Assembly: GCA_964016885.1 (NCBI GenBank)
Contig: OZ024746.1
Coordinates: 43,152,001-43,216,000, forward strand
DNA length: 64,000 bases
Direction: 5' to 3'
From: Eledone cirrhosa
Taxonomy: Eukaryota
Shown here piece by piece: positions 50,451 to 64,000 of the stretch. The notes under the pieces are model-generated. The model made no database searches and was not told the DNA's origin. It saw only the letters and a program-made list of their open reading frames with translations. Position numbers and translations under genes: made by a program. Position 1 is the first letter of the stretch; each line of letters begins with the position of its first letter.

Positions 50451-51496
50451 AAAAACTCTGAATTTTTTTAAGTTTCCATACTATGAGATTACAGTTTTCT
50501 CCTTGTAACTGTTTGTTCAGTAAATTTAACTTTTAAAATATACATGAAAGATAATATATCATATTTGGCTAATTAAGCTGCTTATTATATGGAAATGATA
50601 CTGTCTCAGCGCACATCAAACCAATTACACCTCTGTAGGCATTCAAACATTTCATATTTGACACAGCCTTTAAAGGATGACTACTTTTTTACTGGAATAT
50701 TCTATTTCTTGAAATAAGTCCCAGATCCCTGAACAATTGTTTGGCCTTTGATGTCAATCATTAATCTTTAGACAAAAAAGCATTTCATATGAGAGCTGAT
50801 TACTATTCAAAAACCTAACACATGCCATCAGAATCTCTTCATTAAAATGAAATGATCAATTTCTAAAGAAAATAACTTCATATGCAATTGTCTATCTCAT
50901 TATTTTTTTTTACATTGCCAGCTATTTTATCAAAATACTTCAATACTGATGTGTTGCTGAAGGCAATGACTTTGATAAATGCCTGATGAACACTTTGCTT
51001 CATGGCAGTTGAAGTCCCAACAGTAACTACAGGCAAAATTAAAGTTTTACCATTATCATGGGGCCTGTTAACTTTTATAATTATCTTGAGAATATCATAG
51101 AATGCAATAAACCATTGTTTACTTCAGATAATCCTTTACTACATTTCAATCCATGTTTTACCTGCTCCAAAATAATCATTTAATGTTATAAAGAACTCTA
51201 TTCATTGTTATGTTTTGGTTTTGCACCTTGTTTCCAAAAGGTTTTGCATCTTACATAGTTGGATTCTATCACTCTGTCATAGTTGGATTCTGTCACTTAA
51301 AAATTGCATTGGCATCATAATATTCTGTGGTAATGGAATAAAATCATGCACTACATATTCATAGAATGAATATATTACCAAAATAAGTTCACAAATCCAC
51401 TTAAAAATGTCCTGCTCTCATCTTAGTGTTTATGATATCCATCTATATTAGTAAACCTAATTAGTTATTTAGAACATAGAATTTATATATATATAT

Positions 51497-53290
51497 ATCT
51501 TCGTTTAACGTCCATCTTCCACGCTAGCATGGATTAGATGCGAGTTGTCCAACTTGAGGCAAGGTTGGTCAAATAGGACTATTTGGCAGGTTTTCTACGG
51601 CTGGATGCCATTCCTAACACCAACCACATTTACAGTGTGGACTGGGAACATTTTACCATGTTACCTACACAGCCACATTACAGCATGGACTGTGTGTCCT
51701 TTTTTGTTGTGACACCTACACGATCTCGATCTCATTATCTCATTTATTTAGGACTGGTACCAACTTTACAGAGAGAGTGTGGTGGGAGGATAGAGTAGGG
51801 GTAGTGAATTGGGGTGTATATTTGGTTAAGAGCTACCTACTGACTGTAGGTTTCGCTTTGTACATAGGCAAGGCGGGTCTTCTGTATTACTGTGTAGCAC
51901 CAAAGATCTCGGTCCAGTGACATTGTCTTAGAGAGGTGCAAGTGTGTAAGGTCGGAATTTATCAAATCGTCCCAGGTTTTTCTGGGTCTACCTACTCCAT
52001 AACTACCATCAATTTTGATCACCCTGCACTTTTTTATACAGCTGTCGTCTTTCATGTGCATCATGTGACCATACCAACGTAGTCTTCTCTCAAGTAAACA
52101 GCATCTGATCCCTCTTATTATAATTTGTCACTTAGTTCGTTTATGCTTTGCCGTTCACGTATTATTACACATCCAATGGAACATGCATGCTTCGTTCCTT
52201 TCCAGTCAGTGCAAGTCCTCTGCATGCAATGCCCATGTCTCACTGCCATGTAGCATTGCTGTTTGTATACAGGCATCATACAGTCTGCTTTTCATTTTTA
52301 GAGAGAAACCTTTAGCAGCCAATAGTGGTATAAGCTCTCTGAACCTTTTCCATCCCGTTCTGACTCTAGCTACTGTACTTTCAGAACACCCTCCACCACT
52401 GCTGATTTTGTCACCCAGGTAATGGAAGGTGTCCACTATTTCTATAGAACCATCTAGGCAATGGAAGGAGCTAGTATCCTGTGGGCACTTGCTACTACTT
52501 ATTGCACCTGAGCACCGGCCACATATAAGATCTATGTTCTTAGTTAGCTTATCTGTGATCCCACTACATCTTTTATGCATCCTTACTTTGCATTTGGAAC
52601 ATAAAATGGAATTTCTACCTACTCCTTCCCTACACACTGAGCATGGCCATTTCCCTGAGGGCACCTGTGCCCTATTTTCCTTTCTACATACTAGAACTTT
52701 AGTCTTAGAGTTAATTTTAAGGCCTTTTGATTCTAGGCCATGCTTCCATGTTTGGAATTTCTTCTCTAGTTCAGCCATAGATTCAGCCATGAGAGTTAGA
52801 TCATCTGCGTATAGGAGTTCCCATGGGCAGCCAGTCTTAAACTCCTCTGTTGTAGCCTGAAGGGCAATAATAAATAGGAGGGGTCTAAGGACAGAGCCTT
52901 GATGAACACCAACTTTTACACTAAATTCTTCACTATAATCATTGTTAATTCTAACCTTACTGACTGTTTCTTTATACATGGCTTGTATAGCTCTCACAAG
53001 CCATTCATGTATACCTAGTTTTCTAAGAGCCCACCAGATAATGGAGCGGAGGACTCTGTCAAAGCCTTTCTCCAGGTCTACAAAACCTAAGTAGAGGGGT
53101 TTACTTTTAGCTAGGTACTTCTCCTGTAGTTGTCATACAAAGAAAAGAGCATCTGTGGTACTTTTACCAGACACAAACCCAAACTGCATTTCATATAGAT
53201 CAATTCGCTCTCTGATTATTTGCGCTATAACTCTTTCTGTGACCTTCATGACCTGGTCAACTAACTTAATGCCTCTATAGTTTCCCCTAT
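51497..53290 (-). mobile_element. RTE family A, 1.8-kb 5'-truncated copy covering the RT domain
   Basis: NYRGIKL, QFGFVSGKSTTDA, FVDLEKGFD, GVHQGSVL, LYADD, PHD finger, C-terminus and 3' UTR; one stop at 53133 and frameshifts. Confidence 0.95.
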
Positions 53291-53305
53291 CTATATATAT
53301 TATAT

Positions 53306-53343
<38 letters not shown>

Positions 53344-53815
53344 GCATCTAAGGAAGGCTGAACATAATCCTTTTTACCTCTTAAATCCACATAACCCATA
53401 ACTATGATATTTTCATAATATCAGTTTTTAGTATAATTTCTGTAGTGTCTTTAATGATGGATGTTTTGATATTATAGTATCAGTGAGATCTAATAATGTG
53501 GGATGTGTTTTATTTTAACTAACAATAAGCTATCCCATGAAATAAAAAATATAATGATCTTTACTTAATAGCTATATACAATATGCCAGATTTTAAAAAT
53601 GAGCAGAAAAAATGAGCAGAAAATTATAGCAGGTTGCTATAAAAGAAGAGTACACTTCACTTAAAACAGCATCAAAACAACGTTGTTAAACAGTGCCTCC
53701 AAATGCAGTTGGAACTGTATACAACCGATGTTACTCGGCCAACAAAACCCTACAAGCCTTCGAAAAGGTAAATCCATGGCCTTGTAAGGTTAACTGATGC
53801 TAAACAAACAAAAAC

Positions 53816-53869
<54 letters not shown>

Positions 53870-55067
53870 TAATCAACAGAGAAAAAGAAAAAAAAAATGT
53901 TGTCATTATCAGATGGTAATTTATATTGATATAAAAATAAGCTATTTCTTAAAATGTAAAAAATATATATACAAATACTTCAAAGCAGGTAGTCTGAAAA
54001 ATAACATCTCACGAGTGTTTCCTTAAAGAACAATATTTATTACAATGAAGCTGAAATTCATGATTTATTCCTTATTGTAAGTTCACATATCATACTTACA
54101 AAAATGTATATATTATGACCATTGCTCCATCTTATACTAGAGATGGAAAAAAGACACAACAGGTTTCCTTTGTTTCAATTTGCACTCAGGTTTAGTTTCA
54201 ACCAAATTACAGTCTTCCGTGCAATGACTGAATGATGCTGCCTTATCAGGAATATTCTCCATAGCAATGAGTCAAACAATGCAGTTAGTAATATGAAAAA
54301 CCACTGACAATATAAAAGATAATTACCCAGGACACTTTCAAACCCCATCTATTGCTATATTATATATTAAATTATAGTAAAAACATGGACTACTCAAATT
54401 GTATTAGAATAGTTTTGAAGAAATAGAAATTAGAGCACAACATTATGCTTTGTCAGTTAATCATCAATGCACTACAGAGACAAGGCCTTCAAACCATACT
54501 TACCAACAATATCAAATAACCTTACATATTTCCAATGGGGTTAAGTTACAAAAACTGATCACTGCTGATTTGTGTATATGTGTGTCCAATAAAAAGAAAC
54601 AATCCAAAATTATAACAGGTTATGGTAAATGAAAATAGTGACCATCCTCAAACAGAAAATCCTTCAGTAAAGTTCTATACTTTGGAGATGTAAAGAGTCA
54701 TAAATAAAAGTCTCTTCATGCCAAAGTAGAAATCATGCACATTGCAAGATTATGTTCTTTTGTAAATTATGAAATTTGAATGCAGCCTGGGATTTCTTTT
54801 AATCAAACACAATCACATGATTTTTAAAAAGAAAAAAAAATTAGGAGAAATAACCTTTGAAAGACAAAAGAATGTAAGCAAAGTTCTAAACCAGTGCTTT
54901 AATAAGGACTTGGTCTATCAAACACATACTGATGTTAGGAGTAAAATCCTCCATAATGCAATTGTTTTTACCATTTTTTCATGAATATATTTCAAATATA
55001 CGTAATAAAATAGGTATACAATTAAAAAATATGAAACAATTTAGAAATTAATTTGCATGTCTCTTAC

Positions 55068-55124
55068 CAATACCAATTGTTGTTGGAATAATTAATCCAT
55101 GGAAATGATTTTGAAGTGACTTAC
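55068..55124 (-). other. Candidate recursive splice site with 57-nt RS-exon or microexon
   Basis: Minus strand TTTTTTCTCATTTCTATTTCAG|GTAAGT.. and a second donor TTG|GTAAGA 57 nt later. Confidence 0.4.
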
Positions 55125-56024
55125 CTGAAATAGAAATGAGAAAAAATGAAATGTAAAAATAATGTATATTTTACAATGTTTATATTTATTTAGAAATCTT
55201 GCATCATAATTGTATGTATGAAACTTTCTTATGTACAAAACACCAACTTAATAATGAGAATGTTATTTACATGACTACATCTCTCGAAAATCTTGATTAG
55301 TTTCAAACTTATAGGCTGTATCTCCAGAAATATGGTAATGAAAGGATTAAAATGAAAAGGTGATATAGGAAGGCAAAACAAGAGTTGCTACGAGAAGGTA
55401 AAAGGTTTCAGCAGTGAGGTGAACAAGGAGGAAAGAAGTTAAAAATTCAAAAGTGAAGGCCAAAAGAGGCAAAATAAAAAAGGGGAAGGTCATAGAAAAC
55501 GAACACTAATTCTTTCTGATAGATGAGGGTAATATTGTTGTGTCTGTCATTGTGGATAATAACATCTTGCATTACATGATTAACTCGAGCCAGGAAAGGA
55601 ACGTTTATGTGACAATTTCACTTGCCAGACAAAACAGCTAAATCTCCTTTTAATATGTCTTAAGATAGCCCTAAAAAGATAAGATGGCTTTGGTTGGAAT
55701 ACTCTTGATTATAGATCCACTTCACTGGAATTGAATTGAAACTAAACAGTAACTTTAACAGCAATCTGGTTAACTAAATGAGTAGCTTTCAACATCCCTG
55801 TAACTATCCAAGAGGAATCTGCAGTTGCTTTTGTCTTTGTCCCCCTAATATTCATACCAACTTCAAAGGTTGGTCATTCTGTTGATACCACTTGAAGTAA
55901 TCTCTCATTAACCTACTCATACTTTTCATTCATCAATTTCTCATAACACTTTCATACCCTTTCCTTCCACTATCATAGATGGAATGTATATCCATTTCAT
56001 TTGACACACAAACACACTATCTCT

Positions 56025-56072
<48 letters not shown>

Positions 56073-57569
56073 GCACATATACAGTCTCTCTCTTTCTCAC
56101 ACATGTACACACACACATACATATGAACACAATGTTTTCAAATTTAGATTCATGCATCTAATGCTCATAGGACAAAATGTTAACAAACCACTTTCTTTTA
56201 GCTTCTCACTATATGAGAGAGAATTGGTGCCAAGTTTACTCTCCATCTTCTAAAGACCACTTAGTTTTAAATAAAATTTAGAAATTTCAATTTCCATTAA
56301 TTTCTTTTCCTTTCCTCCAAATTTCTGTTTTGTTCTCAGCCTAAATTTGCTCACTAACACTTAACTAAACTGAAACAAATGTCTTTCTAATATGCACTCA
56401 GGATGTTTTTAAAGTGTCAGAATGAGGGCTTTCAACCATATATATTTCTCTTTTTGTAGTAAGCAAAAAATCAATCTGGTCCCCATTTTTACCATTGAAA
56501 TAGGTGACCAATTGACTGGGTAACATTCTAAACATTGAATTACAAATTTCTAGATTATATACATCGCACAATTCCAGAAACCTTTAGTTCTCTACACCTC
56601 TTGTACTATAACTATAGCCTCCATATATGAGTTAATCCATCTAAAGTATTAAGAAATTTCCATTAAAATTATAGTTAATGGCATTAATAAGGCTAACACC
56701 AATTATTGTGATAGCTAGCACAAGGACCTCATTGAATTCTTCAGCCATCAATCCTACCCATAGATATTAACAGAGATCCCAGATGCTATTATATTTCTCA
56801 TTACCTGTTAGAGTATAATTACTTTATTTCACACACTTTTCTACCTTAGTAGCACAGAGGTAATTCTCTCTGCCTGCGATACCTAGTAGGCTAGTAAACA
56901 TGTATTAGCTAATATGATGCTTCAATATGATTCTTTGACTTGATGGAAATAACATCCTAATTTTACTCAACTCACACATTTCAAAAAGAAAAGAACACAT
57001 TGGATAATGTAACACTAGATATATAAAATTACCAGTTAGCTGCAGCTGAAATCCTTTGATAATAGGTCTGCTTGATCACAGATCCCTGAAGTTAAACAAC
57101 TACCACAAACTCAATTATTCCATATACCTAAACACTTCTTTGATAAGAACTTACTTTACTACCCATACTAGAGTTGTTACTAACTCGGAAGAATTTGTGT
57201 TTGTGTTTTTTTTTGTTTTTCACACAATATATATTTTATATTGCAATTTGTAAACAAGAGCATAGCTGCTTGCAGATTTGCAACAGGCTAATCATTGGTT
57301 CACTGCATATCTAATGGAGCAAGTGATAAATGTATGTTTGTAGCTCAATGGACATCATTTGTAAAATACTGGGATTTTTGTTTTTCTAACCAATGCTTAT
57401 ATCTTTCACCAAAAGACATTAAAAAAAAAACCCACATACACACACGTAAATAGTCCAGAGCAAAAAATTAGTGGAATCATTAGTGTCAGTTCAGATACCC
57501 TGTTGAATTATTTCAAGTCCCACCATAACTTATGGAAATTACCCCCAACTTACTCAACAGAAGGAGCAG

Positions 57570-57790
57570 TGATACACACCTTTTTAAATCCAACGTAGGA
57601 CCCATAGAAGTGGTTGATAGCTTCTATTATCTGGGTGACCTAATTAGCTGTGGAGGAGGGTGCTCTGTCAGTGAAGTAGTTAGAAAGAAAATAGGACAGA
57701 AGAAGTTTAAAGAGCTACTATTCCTGTTGACAACAAAAGATTTCTGTCTAGAAACGAAAGTCAGCTATATATTACCTGTGTAATAGGTAC
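57570..57790 (+). mobile_element. Old RTE family A-like ORF2 fragment
   Basis: IEVVDSFYYLGDLISCGGGCS..KKFKELL aligns with the 616-1428 translation. Confidence 0.85.
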
Positions 57791-59712
57791 TAGTCTCAAG
57801 GTATTTGACAACCTGAAACTGGTAGAAACAGTTGTCAATGTGCTGTGTAGTGGAATTGAAATTAGAACTGTGTGGTAGGCAAAGTAAACCTCTTAACACC
57901 CAGAGCCACAATTGTGCCCAATCAACATCTATTGACACTTCTTTAAAGATTCTCATATATATCACTAGATTTAGCTTTTATTATTGCAATATTTGATATT
58001 AATTGTTGACCTGAAATATTGAACCTGGAAAAATGTACTTATTGTTGATGAGAGGATTCCTATATGGCTGTGAGGAGAGTTTTCATGCCTGATGCATTCT
58101 CTACTGTGAACAGTGCTGAAATTACATGTGTCAATCATTTTAATGCATTTAATGTTACAACTCAATATATTGTGTTACATGCAGTCATTTTACAGAAGAA
58201 TACTCTAAGATGGAGAAAAGAGTTTTGGGGGGCTGACATGATTTTTAATGAAAAGAACATTTTTCATGTTTTACATTTTCTGAAATATTAGTGTACAAAG
58301 GATGAAATTAATAAATGAAATAGATAAACTGATGTCGTTAACGTTGAAATATTCAATTATATATAGATTAACATTAAAATGCTTGGATATCAACTCTTGT
58401 TTTTACTCTCTTTAGAAAAAATATATTTAGTAATTTGAATTTTTATTCTTTGAAAAACTATAAACATTTGAGAAAAGAGAGAAATAAAAATACTTTTGAA
58501 ATTAAAACCTAAAAACGTTGTGGTTATTGAAGCTCAAGTGAAAAAAAAAGGAAATAATATTGCAATAATCCTTCAGAATTTTTTTTATAGATAAGTATGC
58601 AGAAATGTAGGCATGAGAGGGAGAGAAAGGGAGAGTATATATGTATTTAAACACTATGGGATCAGGAGGTAGAAAGGAAAATGGAAAATCTATTTAAGTG
58701 TAATAATTCATTATTTAATGATCCGATACAAAGCTAAGTGTTATCAAATTGTAAATGACTGATGCAAAATATATTTAGTAAAATTGTATTTAAAGGGAAA
58801 ATTTTGGTATTTTTCTTTTTTTTCTTTTAAATCAACATTGTTTTCTAAAGGCAACTCTAATTTTTCACATGACCAGCTTTTGGAATTTTATGAAAACATT
58901 TTGCAACTCATTGATCACAAATATGCAAAGTTTCCTAACATCTCTGTCTCTCCTTTCTCCCTATCTTTCTTTCCATACATATACTGCAAAATGTGAATAG
59001 GTGAGAGAATTAGGTTATAGTTTTATACTTATATATATGTTGTTGATGCACATCTATTGATTTTTAATAAATTTTAGTTGATCCTCCTATAAAATCTGAT
59101 TTTGACCTTCACTAGAAGATAAATGAAAAATGAAGTTTATGAATATGTTTAGGTTTGAAGAGTGTTCATCAGAGAGAGCTTTTAGTTGCTATAATTAATA
59201 TATAAACAAATGTTACTTTTCTGAAAAATTTAAAGGGTGGAAATAATTTTAGGACTATTAGTTGTTTGAGATTAAAGATTAAGAAAGATTTTTAAAAAAT
59301 CATCAACACAATTTTCAGTTTAGTAAACTTTTCTCTAGTTCACCTTCTTGATCAAGAAGGAAGTAATATAATTGACTATGTTATACTTTTATAATTAGAG
59401 ATAAAAAAAAATATCACACAGAAACGTACATCTGAAGAAAGTAAATTCTTGAAATAAAAGTTATTGAATGATAATAGATATTGAAGTGTACCAAAGTCTT
59501 TTCTTGTATCCACACACACACACATTTATATATATATATATATAAAACATTACTATTCTACCTCATTAATGTAGGAATCATAAGACTGTTAGAACTCAAG
59601 GTAGTATCTCATCGAAACAAGGTGGAATCTATTTTTGTAGAAAACTGGTATATTATATGTTGTTAAGAACTAAAAGTCAGATGTATAAGTTGAACAATTC
59701 CAGCTATATATA

Positions 59713-59869
59713 TGTAAACGTGGTTGGTGTTAGGAAGGGCATCCAGCCATAGAAAACCTGCCAGACAGTCCTATACGAGCGGGACAACCAATCTTGCCTC
59801 AAATGGGAAAACTCCCGTCCAAACCCATGCAAGAGTGGAAGATGGACGTTAAACGATGATGATGATGAT
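59713..59869 (+). mobile_element. RTE family A 3' terminal fragment
   Basis: Reverse complement of 237-385, with (GAT)n tail. Confidence 0.9.
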
Positions 59870-60335
59870 ATATTTGTTTTGCAAGGGTTTTGATATGAAA
59901 TCGTGGGTTGAAAGAAATATTGTTGTATTTGGGGAGGGTCATATTGTTATAATATTGCCAGAAATAATAATAAAACACTATATATGAATGTATATATATA
60001 TATATATATATATTTATTAAAATAACAGATTAAAGTTTAAGCAAAGAATCGCTGCTTTCGCCCTTAACGGGATCTTCTGAAACTAAAAAAAATCAATCTG
60101 TGAACGCAGAAGTAAATATTTCGAAAAACGTTGCAACCGAAGGAAGACAGAAAGACTATACTTTGGTTCGTGGAAACGTTCCCTGGCAAGGAACAAAAAA
60201 AAAAAACGAAGATAATACGTCATTATTTGGAGCGGTGAAACCAATTACAGGCAAAGACAAAACCACGTTTATGCTATAAATGAAGTCGTAGACTAATATT
60301 CTATTAGATGGTTCGTGGAGACGTTCCATCTAATA
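59870..60335 (-). mobile_element. Penelope-like element remnant (terminal hairpin, hammerhead-like motif, AATAAA, shared downstream block)
   Basis: Hairpin 60302-60335; hammerhead fold 60025-60101; 59870-59980 homologous to 40865-40960; CpG-retaining. Confidence 0.6.
60025..60101 (-). ncRNA. Type I hammerhead fold with one core substitution (CAGAAGA for CUGAnGA)
   Basis: Minus strand AGTTT-CAGAAGA-TCCC(GTTAA)GGGC-GAAA-GCA(9 nt)TGC-TT-AAACT; distal stem I ACAGATTGA/TTAATCTGT across a U8 bulge. Confidence 0.68.
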
Positions 60336-60581
60336 TATATATATATATGTATGAATGTATGTATGGTATGTATGTATATGCACTTTATTATATAAAATAC
60401 AAGGTATTCTAAGGAACTCGGAGGTTCATAAAATTAGCTTCACATCATTCTATAGCCTTGTTTTCTGAAGGCTGAAAAATGAAGTGAAACCAACTGATCA
60501 ATAGCGAAACACACGACACTACTCAATAAATGTAATGAAGACATAACAAATCGTCCTTTATATTATCATTATAATATATGA

Positions 60582-60837
60582 GGGCGGTGGAATGGCAGTA
60601 TCAGTAGAGAGTCAGACGTCATGTTTTGCAGCAAAGAGTTACGGCCCTTTATGGTCTGTGTTCAAATCCCGCTGAGGTTAACTTTGCCTTTCATCCTTAC
60701 GGGGTCGATAAAATGAAGTACCAGTAATACACTGGGATAATTGCTGGAGGAGAGGATGAAGGACAAGTGGAGAGATGCTGTGCTGAAAGGACCCATCCCA
60801 CCCTTGCAAGCAGGGAAAAGTGGACGTAAAATGACGA

Positions 60838-60841
<4 letters not shown>
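60582..60841 (+). mobile_element. Nin/Deu-like SINE fused to the 3' end of another RTE-like LINE
   Basis: SINE runs to ..GATAATTGCTGG (60747), then KDKWRDAV-coding sequence and CCCACCCTTGCAAGCAGGGAAAAGTGGACGTAAAATGACGATGAT. Confidence 0.82.
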
Positions 60842-60880
<39 letters not shown>

Positions 60881-60987
60881 CACACGCACAAACACAGAAA
60901 GAGAGATATTCTTGAGTTTAAACAACAGTTTAAAAAAGGTACTCAGAATGAAACAGTTCTAGTCTTGTAGGAGTTATTTCTATTCAT

Positions 60988-61288
60988 ATCATCATCATCA
61001 TTTAAAGTCTATCTTCTATACTAGCATGGGTTAAAGGGGTTTGTCTGATTTGAGGCAAGGTTGGTCGGGTTACCATGTCTGGCTTGTATCGGACTGTTTC
61101 TGGCTTGTTATCTACGGTTGGATGCCCTTCGTAATACCAACCACATTTACACTGTGTGCTGGGTGCTTTTTGCTGTGACTCCTACACAACCACTTCACAA
61201 TGTGGATTGGGTGCTTTTTGTCCTGACACCTACATGACCACTTTACAGAGTGGGCTGGATGTTTTGTGGTACCAACATAACTTTACAG
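60988..61288 (-). mobile_element. RTE family A/B 3' UTR
   Basis: (ATC)n tail, GGATGCCCTTC motif, tandem UTR units. Confidence 0.85.
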
Positions 61289-63418
61289 ATTAAATATATA
61301 TATATGCATGAAACACTGTGGCCTACAATGACTGCTCCATGTATGCAGAATATAGACACTTAGACCAGTTAGGGAAGAACACATGGAACATTAATTTTGT
61401 TTTGACACATTTCTGTTTTTACATTTGAAAGTGGTGGTAAGCCCTTTGTATATTTCCACCACATTGTTCTGGCTTTTTGAAACTTATCAGTCATATAATA
61501 AATCAAGTTCCTGTAACTGGTGCAACCAGTCATTGGGGTGCCCCTCTAGGCATTTGACTGTTTATTCAACACGACACTTCAGCCCACCTTAGAAATACTT
61601 GCCAATGATAATCTCCACTCCAATGATCCAGTTCCTCACCATATGTGTCTGCTAGCTTAAGCAGTCCCTGAGGTGCAGTTCAAAAATATCCTGGATCCAA
61701 AAGTGAGAGTGAGGTGAGAAATAGTGTACCCATATCCATCCTTGTATTCTCTATACCTGAACACTCCAGTTTTGAGATAATGTTTCTTTATATAATGATA
61801 TTTTCAGCATTGAATAAATATATTTTCAGTATTGTGGTAACATTTTTTCACTCTCTTTTTTTAAAGAAACAGTAGAGAATGTTCAGTATTGAAATAGATA
61901 ATGTTGTGTATTGAAATAACATTCTTTTAAATTGTTTCATTCTACTCCCAAGGAAACAGTGGGTAATGGTACATCTGGTTTTTATTTATTTTATTTTTTT
62001 TTTTTTAATTCAAGTCAGTTTTAATTTGTAGTGTGATGATTACAAAACAAGAATAATTAATTATATTATTGACTATCTATTTTTTTACCTCTATTTTTCT
62101 ATTGAATATTATTTCCGATCTCAGTATTCTGAGTTAAAATCACACTAACATCCATGGTGAATATAATAATAATGTAATACAGTACACAATTCAATAGACT
62201 ATCATATACTCATAAACGAATATGGATAGGAAAATAAAATGTATATTAACATTTATTCATATGTAAATAGTGCAACTTAAAACAATCGCTAATAAGAATT
62301 GATCCATGTTTTCTGAGCAGAGTAACAGATATTTACTTTGATAGCTTCTGAATTTATCACATTTTCTTTTGAATTGATTTATCTCCATTTATCTATATCA
62401 TTTATTGTATATATCAGTATATCCATGTGCTCTTGAGACAGTTGCTAAGGAGACTATTCATCAATGCAATAATTGTGCAAGTGAATTTTCAACAACTGAA
62501 TTGTATAATAGTGTATACATTTCTGAGGGTTTTTTAATTTTTTACAGGTCTCTGGTAAATATTGATCTAATATAATTGATGCTACTTAAATCAGATAGTA
62601 TATTTAGTAAAACTAATATTAGCTTAAATTAACCTGTAGGGAATCTAAACACAAGACTCTAAGACAACATTTGCTGTTATTAGCTCAATGGCTGTGTGGA
62701 TACTATACTAAGTTAACAGTTTATTGGTACCCAATATCATTTAAGCAGGTAACAAAACATTGAATGAATTTGGAGATATTATCAAGATCCCAATTTGAAG
62801 AAAATATGAAATACGTTTAAAATGACAGGCTAGATCTATCATTTGTGACTTCATCATATCTTAATAAAAGTTAGAAGTTCAGAAGCACAATTGAAATAGA
62901 ATAGCACATTTAACATTGTTAGTAACATTGTACTAATTCATATAGGTAAATATTTAATATTTAAATATAGTTTATCATACAATAAGTTATTCTGACAAAA
63001 TACTTCCTGTATGTATTGTATTTAACATGTAGTTTTATATATAAAAATACAATAATGCTTTCATTGCCATTTTCTAAAAATGAATGGTATAATAATTACA
63101 TTGTATTCATGAAATTAGGCAAGTGTCTTGCATTTGTTTACAAATACAGAAGACAATTACTGCTTAGTGTCATTGTTGATGGTTTCAGGAATATTGTTTA
63201 GCAAAGCAAATTCTACATTGCTAATTTTCTTAAATTGGAAGATAAAGGGGAAAATTAACAATTTTGCAAAAAGGATTTTATTTCATATATAATATATACC
63301 TTTTAAGATTTATTTGAAAATATGATAGATTGTGTTATATTGAGAATAAAAAGTAAATTGAATGTAATATAATAGAGGTATTTTGAAAAATAAATTTATA
63401 AGAGTAAATAATACTGCA

Positions 63419-63740
63419 ATCATCACCATCATCATCGTCGTTTAACGTCTATTTTCCACAAGAGCACGGCTGAGACCGTTTGTCCCATTTGAGGCAAATC
63501 AGGTTGGGTGACCATATCTTGCTCATACAGAACTGTTTCTGGCTTGGTTTCTACAACTGGATGCCCTTCCACATTTAGAGTGTGTGCTGGGTGCTTTTTG
63601 TCATGACACCTATATGAGTACTTTAGGGGTGGACTAAGTGAATTTTTGTCATAACTCCTACATGACCACTTTACAGTGTGGACTAGATGCTTTTTGTCAT
63701 GACACCTACATGGCCACTTTAGAGTCTGGTCTAGGTGCAA
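63419..63740 (-). mobile_element. RTE family A/B 3' UTR with three tandem units
   Basis: ATCATCGTCGTTTAACGTC tail; units across 63570-63740. Confidence 0.85.
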
Positions 63741-63838
63741 TGCTTATGACTATTACAAAGTATTACATTAGTATCAGGCATACTATGGTTGGGTTTTGTT
63801 CTAAAAGTATAGCAATAGTTGTAGCTTGACCTATTACT

Positions 63839-64000
63839 ATCATCATTTTACGTACATGTATTTATGCTTGCATGAGTTAGACAAACTCTTTCCAGAGTAG
63901 CCTCCCTCCTCATGTGGCATTCCTTCGACATGTCTCTATGAGTCAGCAGTTTGAGATCAACCCTAGCCACCTTGGCCTAGGTTTTTGTCAGTTTTCTTCA
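63839..64000 (-). mobile_element. Old RTE-like 3' end running off the window
   Basis: ATCATCATTTTACGT..ATGCTTGCATGAGTTAGAC tail motif followed by GC-richer coding-like sequence. Confidence 0.5.

Overview
AT-rich, repeat-dense animal DNA that is non-coding (intergenic or one very long intron). The repeat set most resembles a coleoid cephalopod, probably octopus (inference): RTE LINEs with (GAT)n tails, tRNA-derived SINEs with CORE-like and Nin/Deu-like domains, and dense TA/CA microsatellites. No intact host gene, rRNA, tRNA or CRISPR array is supported, and most listed ORFs are repeat or microsatellite artefacts. Recognisable elements are fragments of at least four RTE-type LINE families (one with a C4HC3 PHD finger inside ORF2), two CRE-clade and one R4/Dong-clade endonuclease fossils, hAT, mariner and possibly CACTA transposase fossils, piggyBac-like MITEs and many SINEs. 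Main observations: (1) three different type-I hammerhead ribozyme folds, one fully canonical at 3013-3099 and two degenerate ones in Penelope-like remnants that begin with perfect terminal hairpins; (2) a variable-copy tandem unit in the RTE 3' UTR that can fold as an H-type pseudoknot; (3) ~1.4-kb inverted arms enclosing a hAT fossil; (4) a candidate recursive splice site with a 57-nt exon on the minus strand; (5) three SINE-head/LINE-tail chimeras. Family names come from recalled motif similarity, not database searches.
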